A stretch of DNA of 64,000 nucleotides from Heterodontus francisci (GCF_036365525.1 NC_090373.1:104633570-104697569), one strand, 5' to 3'. Shown: positions 23,751 through 36,008, counted from the stretch's first letter. The notes: generated by a model not told the origin, from the letters alone. Translations and numbers: made by a program.

Positions 23751-24729
23751 TTATTTTTATTTTTAAAATTTATTTAGAGATACAGCACTGAAACAGGCCC
23801 TTCGGCCCACCGAGTCTGTGCCGACCAACAACCACCCATTTATACTAATCCTACATTAATCCTCAGTACCTTGCTCTATGGCAGCGAGGCCTGGACAACG
23901 TATGTCAGCCAAGAGCGACATCTCAATTCATTCCATCTTCGCTGCCTCTGGAGAATCCATTGCATCAGGTGGCAGGACCGTATCTCCAACACAGAAGTCC
24001 TCGAGGCGGCCAACATCCCCAGCTTATACACACTACTGAGTCAGCGGCGCTTGAGATGGCTTGGCCATGTGAGCCGCATGGAAGATGGCAGGATCCCCAA
24101 AGACACATTGTACAGTGAGCTCGCCACTGGTATGAGACCCACCGGCCGTCCATGTCTCCGCTTCAAAGACGTCTGCAAACGCGACATGAAGTCCTGTGAC
24201 ATTGATCACAAGTCGTGGGAGTCAGTTGCCAGCGATCGCCAGAGCTGGCAGGCAGCCATAAAGGCGGGGCTAAAGTGTGGCAAGTCGAAGAGACTTAGCA
24301 GTTGGCAGGAAAAAAGACAGAAGTGCAAGGGGAGAGCCAACTGTGTAACAGCCCTGACAAACAAATTTTTCTGCAGCACCTGTGGAAGAGTCTGTCACTC
24401 TAGAATTGGCCTTTATAGCCACTCCAGGCGCTGCTTCACAAACCACTGACCACCTCCAGGCGCTTACCCATTGTCTCTCGAGACAAGGAGGCCAAAGAGA
24501 TATTAATCCCATATTCCCTACCACATCCCCCCCATTCTCCTACCTACACTAGGGGCAATTTACCTATCAACCTGCAAGTCTTTGGCTGTTGGAGGAAACC
24601 GGAGCACCCGGTGGAAACCCACGCGATCACAGGGAGAACTTGCAAACTCCGCACAGGCAGTACCCAGAACTGAACTCGGGTCGCTGGAGCTGTGAGGCTG
24701 CAGTGCTAACCACTGCACCACTGTGCTGC
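23751..24729 (-). mobile_element. Full-length HE1-type SINE split by an RTE insertion
   Basis: Head ggcagcacagtggtgcagtggttagcactgcagcctcacagctcc; central gggtttccaccgggtgctccggtttcctcc; CR1-like tail. Confidence 0.88.
23861..24500 (+). mobile_element. RTE-clade LINE 3' fragment, young
   Basis: Open 192-aa frame LYGSEAWTTY...RRLRWLGHVSRMEDGRIPKDTLYSEL...CSTCGRVCHSRIGLYSHSRRC; ATTAATCC on both flanks. Confidence 0.9.
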
Positions 24730-25479
24730 CCTTATATTCAGAGGTATCCAAATACTGGTTGGAATTGAATGTTAACATAAAAAAATTCAAAGGGACAGCC
24801 AGCTTTCTGCTAACATTTAAAAAGGTTACATGTTTTTTCTTAAATTTCCAGGTGGTTTTAAAGTTCAGTGTACAGCAGTTGAGATATAGATGGTACAAAG
24901 ATTTTACTGCTGGTTTATACTAGGTAGTTTGTTATCGAGACTAGTAAATTTAAACGCATGTGTACAATTCCAATTTCTGTTTGTGGGTAACTATTAATTG
25001 TAAATGAAAAACATATTGGACAGTGAAGTTCCACATGTACAGTATGGCTGAAACGGCATTCTTAACTGAAGATCAATGACAACAAGTGCAGTCCCTCAGA
25101 AATTGTATTCAATGCATCATTTATTTAAACAAAGTGAAATATACTTCTCGTTACTAGGATTTCCATAACTCATCCACTGAAGTTACTGTGGTTGAGTAGG
25201 AACTCCCCGTGGGAAATTCACCCCATAATATTTAAAATTATCTATGAAAATATTGTATAATTTAAAGTTTCATATCATTAAAAATAAGTTGATTATTGGA
25301 AATAGATCAGATTAGTTTGGGCTCCACCTGCATACCTCATGTAAACTTTAGTACAAGGAATCACCAGTATTATGAGCCATTTGAGTAATTTTATAGAGGT
25401 AAGGGGAATGCAAATTAATATAACGAAATGCATTAGAAGTCTTAAAGTGCATAATTGTCTATTTTTTTTGTTTTTGAAG

Positions 25480-25601
25480 AGAGTACCCCGAACAGGTTGG
25501 GTATATAGAAATGTGAAAAAGCCAGAGAGCGTGTCAGATCACATGTACAGGATGGCTGTTATGGCATTTTTAACTGAAGATCAAAAACTCAACAAAGACA
25601 G
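25480..25601 (+). CDS. HDDC2: HDDC2 coding exon 2 (122 nt)
   Basis: ttttgaag|AGA acceptor; RVPRTGWVYRNVKKPESVSDHMYRMAVMAFLTEDQKLNKD; AG|gtgcag donor. Confidence 0.97.
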
Positions 25602-26514
25602 GTGCAGTACATCAGAAAAATCTCCTTAATACATCATTTGTTTAAACTGAATGCATTATCAGTATGGAGTTTAAAGTTTATTTAAATTAGTTCATAATAG
25701 CCTTCAATTTTCTGTTTTTATAAATTCAGTGTTTATCAAATGACTGACATAAATCACAGCTAAATTAGTTTTTAAGAGATTAAAATTAAAAGTTTTGTGA
25801 ATTGAGGTTAAAACAATTGTTTTTTTTCCCCCTACCTTTTCACAAACAGTTCAGTCTGATGATTCTGACATGCTGTTAAACTGTACACCCAGGCTCTGGT
25901 AACCAATATTTATGAAACAGGATGAAAGTACCCTTACGCTAGCCACGACTGAGTGATAATTACTCTGAATACATATAAATTGGAAATACCTTTCCCTTTG
26001 TAAAACAGTCTGTGCTGAATAGCTAGGATGCAGTGAAATGTAGCAGTGATTGGTGTACTAAGATAAATATGGCTCCCATTAGTTTGTATGCAAAATGCTG
26101 TGTGACTTAATGACCACTAGTAGATGTGCTCAAGGAGGATGTTGTCTTTCCTGACATCAGTGAAATAATATTTCCTTTCGACTATCTCTGTGAAATCTCT
26201 TTAGACAGCCAGGGTTTTACAGAGTCCTTTACAAGAGTACCAGTTGGACCTGTTTTAAAATGAAAGCAGTGAAACTTTACAATGAAATTGCTCATGAAAA
26301 TGTTCTTTATAATTTATTTTGTAATTCTGTAATTTATATATTGCTAGTTTTGTAAAATCTAATTTGCGTTGAGGACCATAAAGAGGAACTTGAACTTTGG
26401 CAGCCTGCTCAAGAGAGCAAAGAGGCCTGTTTGACTATTTACTTGGATGGCAAAACTTAAACATAGATTTTCTTTTCTCCATTCTAGTTAGAATAATGTG
26501 CTTTTCCTTTACAG

Positions 26515-26617
26515 ATGCATAAAATTAGCCCTGGTTCATGATATGGCAGAATGCATCGTAGGTGATATAGCGCCAGCAGATAACATCAGTAAAGAGGAAA
26601 AGCACAGGCGAGAAGAA
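26515..26617 (+). CDS. HDDC2: HDDC2 coding exon 3 (103 nt), carries the HD motif
   Basis: ttttcctttacag|A acceptor; CIKLALVHDMAECIVGDIAPADNISKEEKHRREE; GAA|gtaggt donor; phase fits exon 2. Confidence 0.97.
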
Positions 26618-26802
26618 GTAGGTTTCGATAATGACTTCCTCTGTTGAATTCCCCAAGTGGATATTTCGGGGTACTGGTGGAATTTCTTATTCTGGGGTTC
26701 ATGTATTGAGTATGGAGTATTTCCACATTACACAAAAAGCATACTATTAGATCGCACTAAAATTGTTGGACTATTTTCAAAACTGAACTTGAACTGATTT
26801 CA

Positions 26803-27495
26803 TTAAAAGCAAAATACTGTGAATGCTGGAAATCCTGAAATAAAAACAAAGTGCTGGAAATACACAGCAGGTCTGTGGAGAGAGAAACCGTTATCGTTTC
26901 AGGTGTGTGACTTTCATCAGAATTGGCACAGGTTAGAAATGTATTGGGCTTTGAGCAGATGAAGTGGGGTGGGGGGGTGGGGTGCTGCAGGGAGGCGAAG
27001 AAGAACAGAAGGGAAGGTCTGTGATAGGACGGAGGGCAGGAGAGATTAAATGACAAAGATTTCATGAAACAAATGTAGTAGTAATAGCCGTAGTAAAAGA
27101 CCAAGCGTTTGTCCAGAGAGAGTGTAAATGGAAGAATAATGAACAGCTTTGTCTGAAAGCAAAAACATGAAAAACAAGTTTGAGACTACATGGTTTTAAA
27201 AAAAAAATCAAAATAGCTGTGATGGTCTGCAATTGTTGAGCTCAATGTTGAGTCCAGAGGGCTGTAGAGTACCTAATCGGAAGATAAGGTGCTGTTCCTT
27301 GAGCTTGCATTGAGCTTCACTAGAACACTGCAGCAGGCCGAGGACAGAAATGTGGGCATGAGAGCAGGGTGGTGAATTAGACCTTTCTAAGCGTTACCAG
27401 TTCTGATGAAAGGTCACATACCTGAAACGTTAACTCTGTTTCTCTCTCCACAGATGTTGCCAGACCTGCTGAGTATTTCCAGCACTTTCTGTTTG
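26803..27495 (-). mobile_element. Penelope-like element: GIY-YIG C-terminus, 3' pseudo-LTR and inverted pseudo-LTR
   Basis: Minus 27225-27378 = NSPPCSHAHISVLGLLQCSSEAQCKLKEQHLIFRLGTLQPSGLNIE; terminal repeat at 26803-26945 repeated inverted at 27380-27495. Confidence 0.85.
27399..27435 (+). ncRNA. Minimal type I hammerhead ribozyme motif (Penelope pseudo-LTR)
   Basis: AGTT-CTGATGA-A-AGGT cacat ACCT-GAAAC-GT-T-AACT: stem I AGUU/AACU, CUGAUGA and GAAA core, loopless palindromic stem III (ACGU). Confidence 0.7.
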
Positions 27496-29174
27496 AACTG
27501 ATTTCATATTCTTATTGCTCTCTTTTCTCCCTCCAAAGGGAGTGAAATTGCCAGTGTTATGTGGCTCAACATCTTTTGGGGGAAAAGAGTTTCAGATGTC
27601 ACAACTTTGTGTGGAAAAAGTGCTTCCTGATTTCGCTTCTGAACAATCTAATCTTAAGATTATGCCCACTTGTTCTTGGTTTTCCTACTGGAGGAGATAG
27701 GGTAGATACAGAGATACTATCAAATGCTTTTTATCATTTTAATTACCTCAACCTGCCAAACTCCAAGGAGTACAAGTCAAGTTTATGCAACCTGTCCTCA
27801 TAATGCTAACCCTTTAAGCCCAGGTATTATTCTGGTGGGTCTGTGCTGTACCCCTTCCCGGGCCAGTATATCTTTTGAGGTTTGTTGCCCAACACTGAAT
27901 GCAGTACTCCGGATGGGGTCTGCACAAGTCCTTATCTTGCTTTTAAAAGAACTTTAAACTGGTAACAGTTTGGGACATGGCATTTTTCAGTGTACACTGA
28001 GATTCGAGGCAGGGGCTGGAACTACAGCAGGCTTCCCACAGCATTCTGCATCTGTATACACTGCCTGAAAGTGTGGTGGAGGAAAATTCAATTGTGACTT
28101 TCAAAAGGGAATTGGATAATTGAAAAATTTTCAGGGCTATGGGGAAAAAGGCTGGAGAGTGGGACTAGCTGAGTTGCACTTGCAGAGAGCTGGCATGGAC
28201 CTGGCAGTCGGAATCGCCTCCTTCTGTGCTGTACACATTGTATGATTCTATATTTTAAATATTGGAGGCTTCCCTGCTTTGTACTGGCACAAGCACTTCA
28301 CTTCTGGGGAGTGAAGGACTTGCCCTGAGAAACTGTACCTTTACTGCTTGCTCTTGTTGCCCCATGTCACTTTTTCCTCCCCACAAGCTCCCCCTCATCC
28401 TGAGCTACATACTTTCCCTTTCTCCCCAGAGAAAGCCTCTTTTGATGTGTTTTTCTCAGCAACAGCCCACAATCTTCCTCCCACTATTCCCAACCCCGGG
28501 TTCCATGTCCATTCTCCCACACCCAGCAAGTCTGTTCAAAGATCCCACATTCTGCATCGCACTGCTTACATGCTTCCAGATTACATTCCCACCATTACCA
28601 CACCTGGCTATTCTTCTCTTCAGTGCTCCCACAGCCCAGGATTTCTTTCCGCCAGTACTCCCACACCCTGACAATCTTCCCACCAGACTCTGGTTGTCCT
28701 GTCTCTGCTCCCAAACAGCAGTAGAGTATAAGTAGGCGTTTTAATAAAGTTGGAAAATAGAAAAAGAGAGTGCATAGAAACCAATAAGCCAATCACCAAG
28801 GTGGATTAAATTGGTTGGTTGATCTGCAAATTGTTTAACAGAAAACTGTTCGATGATATAAGGATCATCAGTAAGGAGATAGAGAGACATAAAAAGGACA
28901 AAAGAATGTGCAAATATTCGTAGGCAGAAAAACACAACAGGGGCTCACACAAATGCATCAGGTGAGAAAATTAGAAAAAATAGTCATCTGAAAATGTAGA
29001 GCATCTGAAATTAAAACAGAACATTGGCAGAAATCAAAGCGTCCACCATTCCCAAAGGGAAAATGGTTAACGCTCTTTACTCCCTATCCTGCTGAAGAAC
29101 ATTGTTTATAAATGTAAGTTCTTGCCTCCTTTGGCAAATGTGCCTTGATGCAAAAATGCTCTCCTTTCCTGCAG

Positions 29175-29243
29175 GAAGCTATGAAACATTTAACTGGACT
29201 ATTAAGTGATGATGTTGGTAAAGAGATGCTGGACCTTTGGGAG
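29175..29243 (+). CDS. HDDC2: HDDC2 coding exon 4 (69 nt)
   Basis: ctttcctgcag|GAA; EAMKHLTGLLSDDVGKEMLDLWE; GAG|gtgagc. Confidence 0.96.
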
Positions 29244-29683
29244 GTGAGCTGTGGATTGAATAATATAAAACCGTTTTTGTATTTATGATTTTAAATATAG
29301 GCATAATGGGCTGAATGGCCTCCTTTGATAATAGAGGTTTTCTCAATAGGCTGCTTTCGCGAAGTATTGTACTAGTTATTACTTTTTTTAAAAAAGGAAG
29401 TAAATAGATCCTGCATATCCTACAAACCAGCGTGTGTCTTTAACCTGACCCATATCCATGTAAATATGAGATCCAGGAAGCAAACAGAGACTCTTGACCT
29501 GGAACACTGGATTACTGGAATATTTCACACTTATGCCACTTCTTTGCATTGTCTCCAGCTCTTGAATGTCTCTCATTTCTTGGCGACCAGAGCCGGACAT
29601 AGTATTCAAGGTGTGGTCTGGACAGTACTATAAAGTTGGATCATTGCCTCCTATGACTTGTATTGTACGGTTTTGATTATGCA

Positions 29684-32189
29684 TAAGGCCCTATCAAATT
29701 TTACAAATTTCATGGTCACAGCATTTTAGGAATCGTGAATTTCACGTATTTATATCAGAAATTTTGTGGTGTCGCAACAAACCATGAAAATGATTTATTT
29801 AAAACAAAAAAAGGCAAGGGTAGTTTCTGGTTTCAAATGGCATTTATTGTGTATTCAAAAACTATTGTAAAAAGCTGATTAAAAAGGTCACATTCTTGAT
29901 TCACTGAAGTCAGTGGTTGAATGTGAGCATGGAGCAACTTGCAACTATTTCTTCATTTCCTGTCTCTGTGCTATGAACACCTGTCTGTGTTTGTTTGGAC
30001 ACAGCTCTCTCCACGTTCAGAGTTTGTTGGAATTGTCAGGCAGTGCTGTGCTAGCCTTGCAAGCTGGGGATTCTGTATTCCAGTGCTCCAAAACTGCAGC
30101 ACAGGCAAAATACAATCTGCTTCTTTTGCAATGCTTTTATAAGCAAGAATCTCCAGCCTACAGTTCTTGTCAAAGCCAGGAATCTCATCAAAACAGTTTA
30201 AATCTAACATCTACAGGTCTATTTGTGCAGGGTCAAAGCTTTCAGGAATGCCGCAGAAAGTTGTTGACACCTCAGCTGCTTTTTCCTTCACTGCTTGACT
30301 CTGCTCCATAGCAGTAATTTTGTTTGAGCTTTTTTGCCATGCAAGAAAGCACCTGCTAAGCAGAGGCATTTAATTCAGCATCATCAGAGTGTTTGTTTGA
30401 CTGTGCTTCAGCCCAGAACAGTACATCCATTACTTTATTGTAAGCTTTGTGGATTGTGACGTGTCGAGATTCAAACCAAGTGATTTAATCCATCAGATGT
30501 GTAGCATTCTTGGCAACAAACTGAACCTCCTCATTAAGCTGAGCATTGTTTAGAAAGCTCTGATTAAAGTCCACGCGCAATCTTCCAGGGTCCGATGAGG
30601 AAAGGAAAACAGTCCAACACCCGAAGTTTCAAACTTTCTTCCAGCAATGATCACAGTAGATCAACTACTCACAACCACTTTCAATAGAATCAATCTGGCT
30701 TTAGAATTTTTGAGAGATAAAAGATTGTCACAGTCAAACGTCCCTTCCTTCAGTTTAAATTATCAGAGATCTCTGTTTTTTGCTTGACTTTTTAGAATTT
30801 TGAGAGAATAATAAATAAAGACTAAATTCTCTTCCTTCAGTTTAAATTGGCTGAGTACTTCTTTCAGGTGCTAAGACACAGCTGTCTGTGTTTTCTGTTA
30901 GAATAGGTTGTTTGCACTATAAGCCAGTTCAAAATTAAATTGTAACAAATGTATCTTTTGATGCTCTGTCGAGTGGCTGTATCCAAGGCAATGAGAATGC
31001 ATTCTTTGACTGAGTCTTTAGAGCCTGTTGCCTTAAAGCAGTACGGCTCTTTTTCTAGCCTTAAAGGCACACTGCATTTTTCCCAGAAAAAAAACCTACA
31101 GGATCATAACACTAGGGCAGTGTTTGAAGATCTTTTTAATGTAGCTGACCAGTTTTGTTGACTTTACCAAACTCGCTTTTCCACAGCTCACTGTCAAGAG
31201 AAATTATATGTGCATTACATGTAATATGGACTGCATTAGGCATTACACCTTGGAGGACAGATTTGAAAGATTTTGTCATGCAAGTTGCATTGTCACGAAT
31301 GAAAGCAGACACTTTGAAATCAACATCATATTTTAAACGGTTTTGATTATCGCTTGGGAAACTGTTCTGTAATTAACAGCTTCTACGTGTAGACAGTCTG
31401 CAAGTACTGTTAGCTTTCCTGACTCTACATCTTTGGCCTTACCAGACTTAAAATCAAACAAAACATGCAGCACATGGTTGTCTTGCTCATCAGTGTACTC
31501 ATTACACATAATTGCAAAAGACTTGTGTGCATTAATCTGAGACTTCATCTCACAACGTGCAACAAAATCCTTCAGTAGGTAGTCCTGTCATAGTTGATTT
31601 GCACTTGGCAAGCAACCACCATTTTGCTCATTACGTTGAATGCCTACCCGCAGTTTTGGGTGATCAAGTTTTTCCAATGGTATGTTGGTACTTGCAAAAG
31701 CATCCACAAGTTCCATTGTAACCAACTGACGACTTTCTGAGCTCTCTATCAATTTCTTAAAAAGAGATGAAATCGTTGCTTGTTTTTTTTTTTGTGTGTG
31801 TGTTCATTTTACAGCAGTGAGATTCTCTCTTTTTCTGCTGCGATGGCTTTCGGACTCTAAGTGGCGCTGAACTGTTGCCCACCATGTGTGATCCAACAAA
31901 ACGGTATACCACAATCGACATGCAGAATTTGGCTTCCAAATTCTTTCACTTAATGTGCTGCAGTAATGTTTGTGGCCGTTTTTGATTTGCTCCTTCTGGC
32001 ATTCTCATTTGTCTGCTGATACTTGAGACTGTTTCTCTCAAAACTGGTACATGAGTGAGGGCTTACAGTGCAATCAGTGAGGTGATCTCTAAAATGCACA
32101 AAGTTTGCAAAATAGCCAATTTCATGGAGGACCCGAGATTTCACGGTCCATGACACATTTTTCACGACTATGAATTTGGTGGGGCCCTA
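29684..32189 (-). mobile_element. hAT DNA transposon with a degenerate CGGBP1-like transposase
   Basis: TIRs TAAGGCCCTATCAAATT / TAGGGCCCCACCAAATT; 8-bp TSD attatgca / attatgtg; ASTNIPLEKLDHPKLR...NGGCLPSANQL*QDYL, CNEYTD, RDNATCM, HITCNAH, PQLARLAQHCLTIPTNS. Confidence 0.88.
30560..31111 (-). mobile_element. Partial LTR (same family as 5940-7185) nested in the hAT transposase
   Basis: gagtggctgtatcc..ggcaatgagaatgcattctttgact...ggcacactgcatt...tacaggatcataaca matches 6990-7185. Confidence 0.8.
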
Positions 32190-33119
32190 ATTATGTGGTT
32201 AACAGGGATACTAACAGTGAGCTACAGGCTTTGAGTAGGGGGCTTGAACTGAGGTGGAGTACTGTAGAGCTGGAGGTGGTCATGCCAAATGTTACAGTTG
32301 TACAAGATGTTTGTGAGTCTATGACTTGATCAATGGTACCAGGAAGAGTTTGGAGACACTGATCAATTTGCTAGGAACAAGGTCTCATGTGGAGCCAAGA
32401 GGTTTAGTAGTTTGATTGTTATTCATTCATGGGGGTCACTGTCAAGGCCAGCAATTGTTACTCATTCCTAATTGCCCTTGAAGGTGGTGGTGAGCCGTCT
32501 TCTTAAAATTGCTACAGTCCATGCGGTATAGGTACACACACAGTGCTGTTAGGGAGTCCAGGTTTTTGACCCAGTGACAGTGAAGGAATGGCAATATAGT
32601 TGCAAGTCAGGATGGTGTGTGGCTTGGAGAGGAACTTGCAGGTGGTGGTGTTCCCGTGCATCTGTTGCCCTTGTCCTTTAAGGTGGTAGAGGTCACGGAT
32701 TTGCAATGTGCTGTCAAAGGTGCCTTGGTGCGTTACTGCAGTGCATCTTGTAGATGGTGTACACTGCTGCCACCATGCGTTGGTGATGGAGGGAGTGAAT
32801 GGCACCCCATTCACAAACAATCAAGCGGGCTGCCTTGTCCTGGATGGTGTCGAGCTTCTTGAGTGTTATTGGAGCTGCATCCATCCAGGCAATTGGAGAA
32901 TATTCCATCACATTTCTGATTTGTGCCTTGTAGCTGGTGGACAGGCTTTGGGGAATCAGGAAGTGAGCTACTTGCCACAGGATTCCTAGCATCTTACCTT
33001 CTCTTGTAGCCATGGTATTTATATGGCTACTCCAGTTCTGTTTCTGGTCAGTGGACTCCCCCAGGATTTTAGTGGGGAATTCATCGATGGCCATGCCAAT
33101 GAATGTCAAGAGGAGATGG

Positions 33120-33355
33120 TTAAAAGCAAAATACTGCAGATGCTGGAAATCTGAAATAAAAACAAAAAGTGCTGGAAATACTCAGCAGGTCAGGCAGCAT
33201 CTGTGGAGAGAGAAGCAGAGTTTATGTTTCAGGTCAGTGACCCTTCATCAGAACTTTCATCAGTTCTGATGAAAGGTCACTGACCTGAAGCGTTAACTCT
33301 GCTTCTCTCTCCACACATGCTGCCTGATCTGCTGAGCATTTCCAACACTTTTTGT
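33120..33355. mobile_element. Palindromic Penelope pseudo-LTR pair with two mutated hammerhead motifs
   Basis: ~95-bp inverted arms (33160-33255 and 33262-33355); host LINE gagatggtta|gattctctc rejoins with a short (g)tta duplication. Confidence 0.8.
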
Positions 33356-34623
33356 TAGATTCTCTCTTGTTTGAGATAATCATTGCCTGGCACTAGTGTG
33401 GTGCGAAATGTTACTTGCCACTTATCAGCCCACGCCTAGATATTGTCCAGGTCTTACTGTATTTGTACATGGACTGCTTCAGTATCTGAGGAGTTGCGAA
33501 TGGTGCTGAACATTGTGCAATCATCAGTGCACATCCCCACTTCTGACCTTATGATTGAAGGAAGGTCATTGATGAAGCAGCTGAAGATGGTTGGGTCTAG
33601 GACACTACCCTGAGGAACTCCTGCAGTGACATCCTGGAGCTCAGATGATTGACCTCCAACAACCACAACCATCTTCCTTTGTGCTAGGTAAGACTCCAAC
33701 CAGCAGGAAGTTTTCCCCCTGATTCCTATTGACTCCAGTTTTGCTCGGGCTCCTTGATGCCATACTCGGTTAAATGCTGCCTTGATGTCAAGGGCAGTCA
33801 CTCTCACCTCACCTCTTGAGTTCAGCTCTCTTGTCCATGTTTGAACCAAGGCTGTAATGAGGTCAGGAGCTGAATGGCCCTGGTGGAACCCAGACTGACA
33901 GTCAGTGAGCAGGCTATTTGCTGAGCATGTGCCACTTGACAGCATTGTCGAAGACACCTTCCATCACTTTGCTGATTGTTGGGAGTAGACTGATGGGGCG
34001 GTAATTGCTTTTTGTGTACAGGACAAACCTGGGCAATTTTCCACATTGCCGGGTACATGCCAGTGTTGTAGCTGTACTGAAACAGCTTGGCTAGGGCTGT
34101 GGCAAATTCTGGAGCACGTCTTCAGTACTATTGCGGGAATGTTGTCAGGGCCCAGAGTCTTTGCAGTATCCAGTGCCTTCAGTCATTTCTTGATATCACG
34201 TGGAGTGAATTGGATTGCCTGAAGACTGGCATCTGTGATGCTGAGGACCTCAGGAGGAGGCCGAGATGGATCATCCACTCGGCACTTCTGACTGAAGATT
34301 GTTGCAAATGCTTCAACCTTATCTTTTGCACTGATGTGCTAGGCTCCCCCATCATTGAGGATGGGGCTATTTGTGGAGCCACCTCCTCCAGTTAGTTGAT
34401 TAATTGTTCACCACCATTCAAGACTGGATGTGGCAGGACTGCAGAACTAACATCTGATCCGTTTGTGGGATTGCTTAGTTCTGTCTATCGCATACTGATT
34501 ATGCAGTTTGGCATGCAAGTAGTCCTGGGTTGTAGCTTCAGCAGGTTGACACCTCATTTTTGAGGTATGCCTGGTGCTGCTCCTGGCATGCCCTCCTGCA
34601 CTCTTCATTGAACCAGGGTTGAT

Positions 34624-35027
34624 GAGGAGGCAGTGGCGTAGTGGTAATGTCACTGGAGTAGTAATCCAGAGCCCAGGCTAATGCTCTGGAGATACAGGTT
34701 TGAATCCCACCATGGCAGATTGTGAAATTTGAATTCAATTGATAAAATCTGGAATTAAAAAGCTAGTCTAACGGTGACCATGAAACCATTGTTGGTCGAT
34801 TGTTGTAAAAACTCATCTGGTTCACTATTGTCCTTTAGGGAAGGAAATCTGGCATTCTTACCTGGTCTGGCCTACATGTGACTCCAGACCCACAGCAATG
34901 TGGTTGACTCTTAAATGCCCTCTGAAATGGCCTAGCAAGCCACTCAGTTCAAGGGCAATTAGTGATGGGCAATAAATCCTGACCTGGTCAGTGACACCCA
35001 CATCCCACAAATGAATAATAAAAAAAA
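34624..35027 (+). mobile_element. tRNA-head SINE inserted antisense into its partner LINE
   Basis: gaggaggcagtggcgtagtgg...ggtttgaatccc...aagccactcagtt-caagggcaattagtgatgggcaataaa...A tail; host LINE resumes at cccctggtttgatg. Confidence 0.9.
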
Positions 35028-35129
35028 TCCCCTGGTTTGATGCTAATGGTGAAGTGGGGGATATGCCGGGCCATGAGGTTACAGATTGTGGTTGAGTACA
35101 ATTCTGCTGCTGCTGTGATGCAACCCTGA

Positions 35130-35701
35130 GGAAGCATATTGCCGGGGCCGCCATCCAATTAAGGATGGTGAGCTGGCAGCTCTTGGGGGCAGGCCGATCA
35201 GAGGGCCGGCAGCTCAGCAGTACTGCTGGTAGCAGTGGCCAGTGCTGAGGCTACAGCTCCAGGGAGAGGGCGCTTCAATGGCGAGCTGCCCTCTCAGACC
35301 AGTGAGTTGAGTTGGGAGAATCTGCAGTCAGGCAGGCCCCAGCAATCGAGGGGTAGGGTCATAGTACAGCGTGGGGTTGGGTGGCTGTTGCTGCCAGGGG
35401 GCCCCGCTGTGGACTATGGAATGTCAATAAGAGGGCTTCCCACCCTGGCACTCACTGGTAGGCGCCAGGGTTTATCTGGCAGTCTTCCCACATGGCAGTG
35501 GGCTCTCCCAACATGGGCAAAATGCCCTTAGTTGGCTCAATTGGCCATCAAATGGGCAGCCAGGCTGCCATGTGTCCCGCCACTGGCAATATGGTATGGC
35601 AGCTGGAAGACTTCGGGCTCCCCTCCCGACGCCTTCCCCCACTATATTGCCAGCCTTCCTGCCTCCCAGCCCGTCTCCGATGGGCTGGGAAAATTCAGCC
35701 C
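35130..35701. mobile_element. Harbinger-type MITE fragment (one TIR)
   Basis: GC-rich block ending AAAATTCAGCCC at 35690-35701, the TIR of the 12379 element. Confidence 0.55.
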
Positions 35702-35869
35702 GGTATCACTTATTCTGTGCTTATGCTTGATGTAAAAGGACTGTTAACACTTGTGATGCATTGTGCAAAATTTCATTCATTGGTATATGCCCTCTTACAT
35801 TTCCCATGCAGTATATTCAGTTAGTGAAAGCAGTGGAAAGTATTTTTATTTGAATGCACCTTTTTACAG

Positions 35870-36008
35870 GAATATGAGAACCAGTCAAGTGTTGAAGCCA
35901 AATATGTGAAAGAACTGGATCAGTCTGAAATGATTATACAAGCTTTTGAATATGAAGAGATCGAACAAAAGCCTGGTGGATTGCAGGAGTTTTATGATTC
36001 AACAAAAG
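35870..36008 (+). CDS. HDDC2: HDDC2 coding exon 5 (139 nt)
   Basis: tttttacag|GAA; EYENQSSVEAKYVKELDQSEMIIQAFEYEEIEQKPGGLQEFYDSTK; G|gttaat. Confidence 0.97.

Larger units (their letters stand above)
32420..35113 (-). mobile_element. 5'-truncated CR1-group LINE with two nested insertions, in HDDC2 intron 4
   Basis: GFHQGHSAPDLITALVQTW...LDIKAAFNRVWHQG...GVPQGSVL...GMCTDDCTMF; collinear with 15360-17435. Confidence 0.9.

Noticed and set aside
26888-26924. Minus-strand hammerhead motif
   Set aside because: Stem II and the cleavage triplet are mutated (GAAACGA), and it is antisense to HDDC2; the motif at 42533 is also degraded.
31330-32000. Host CGGBP1 gene
   Set aside because: Stops and frameshifts; it continues into a hAT catalytic domain bounded by TIRs and a TSD.
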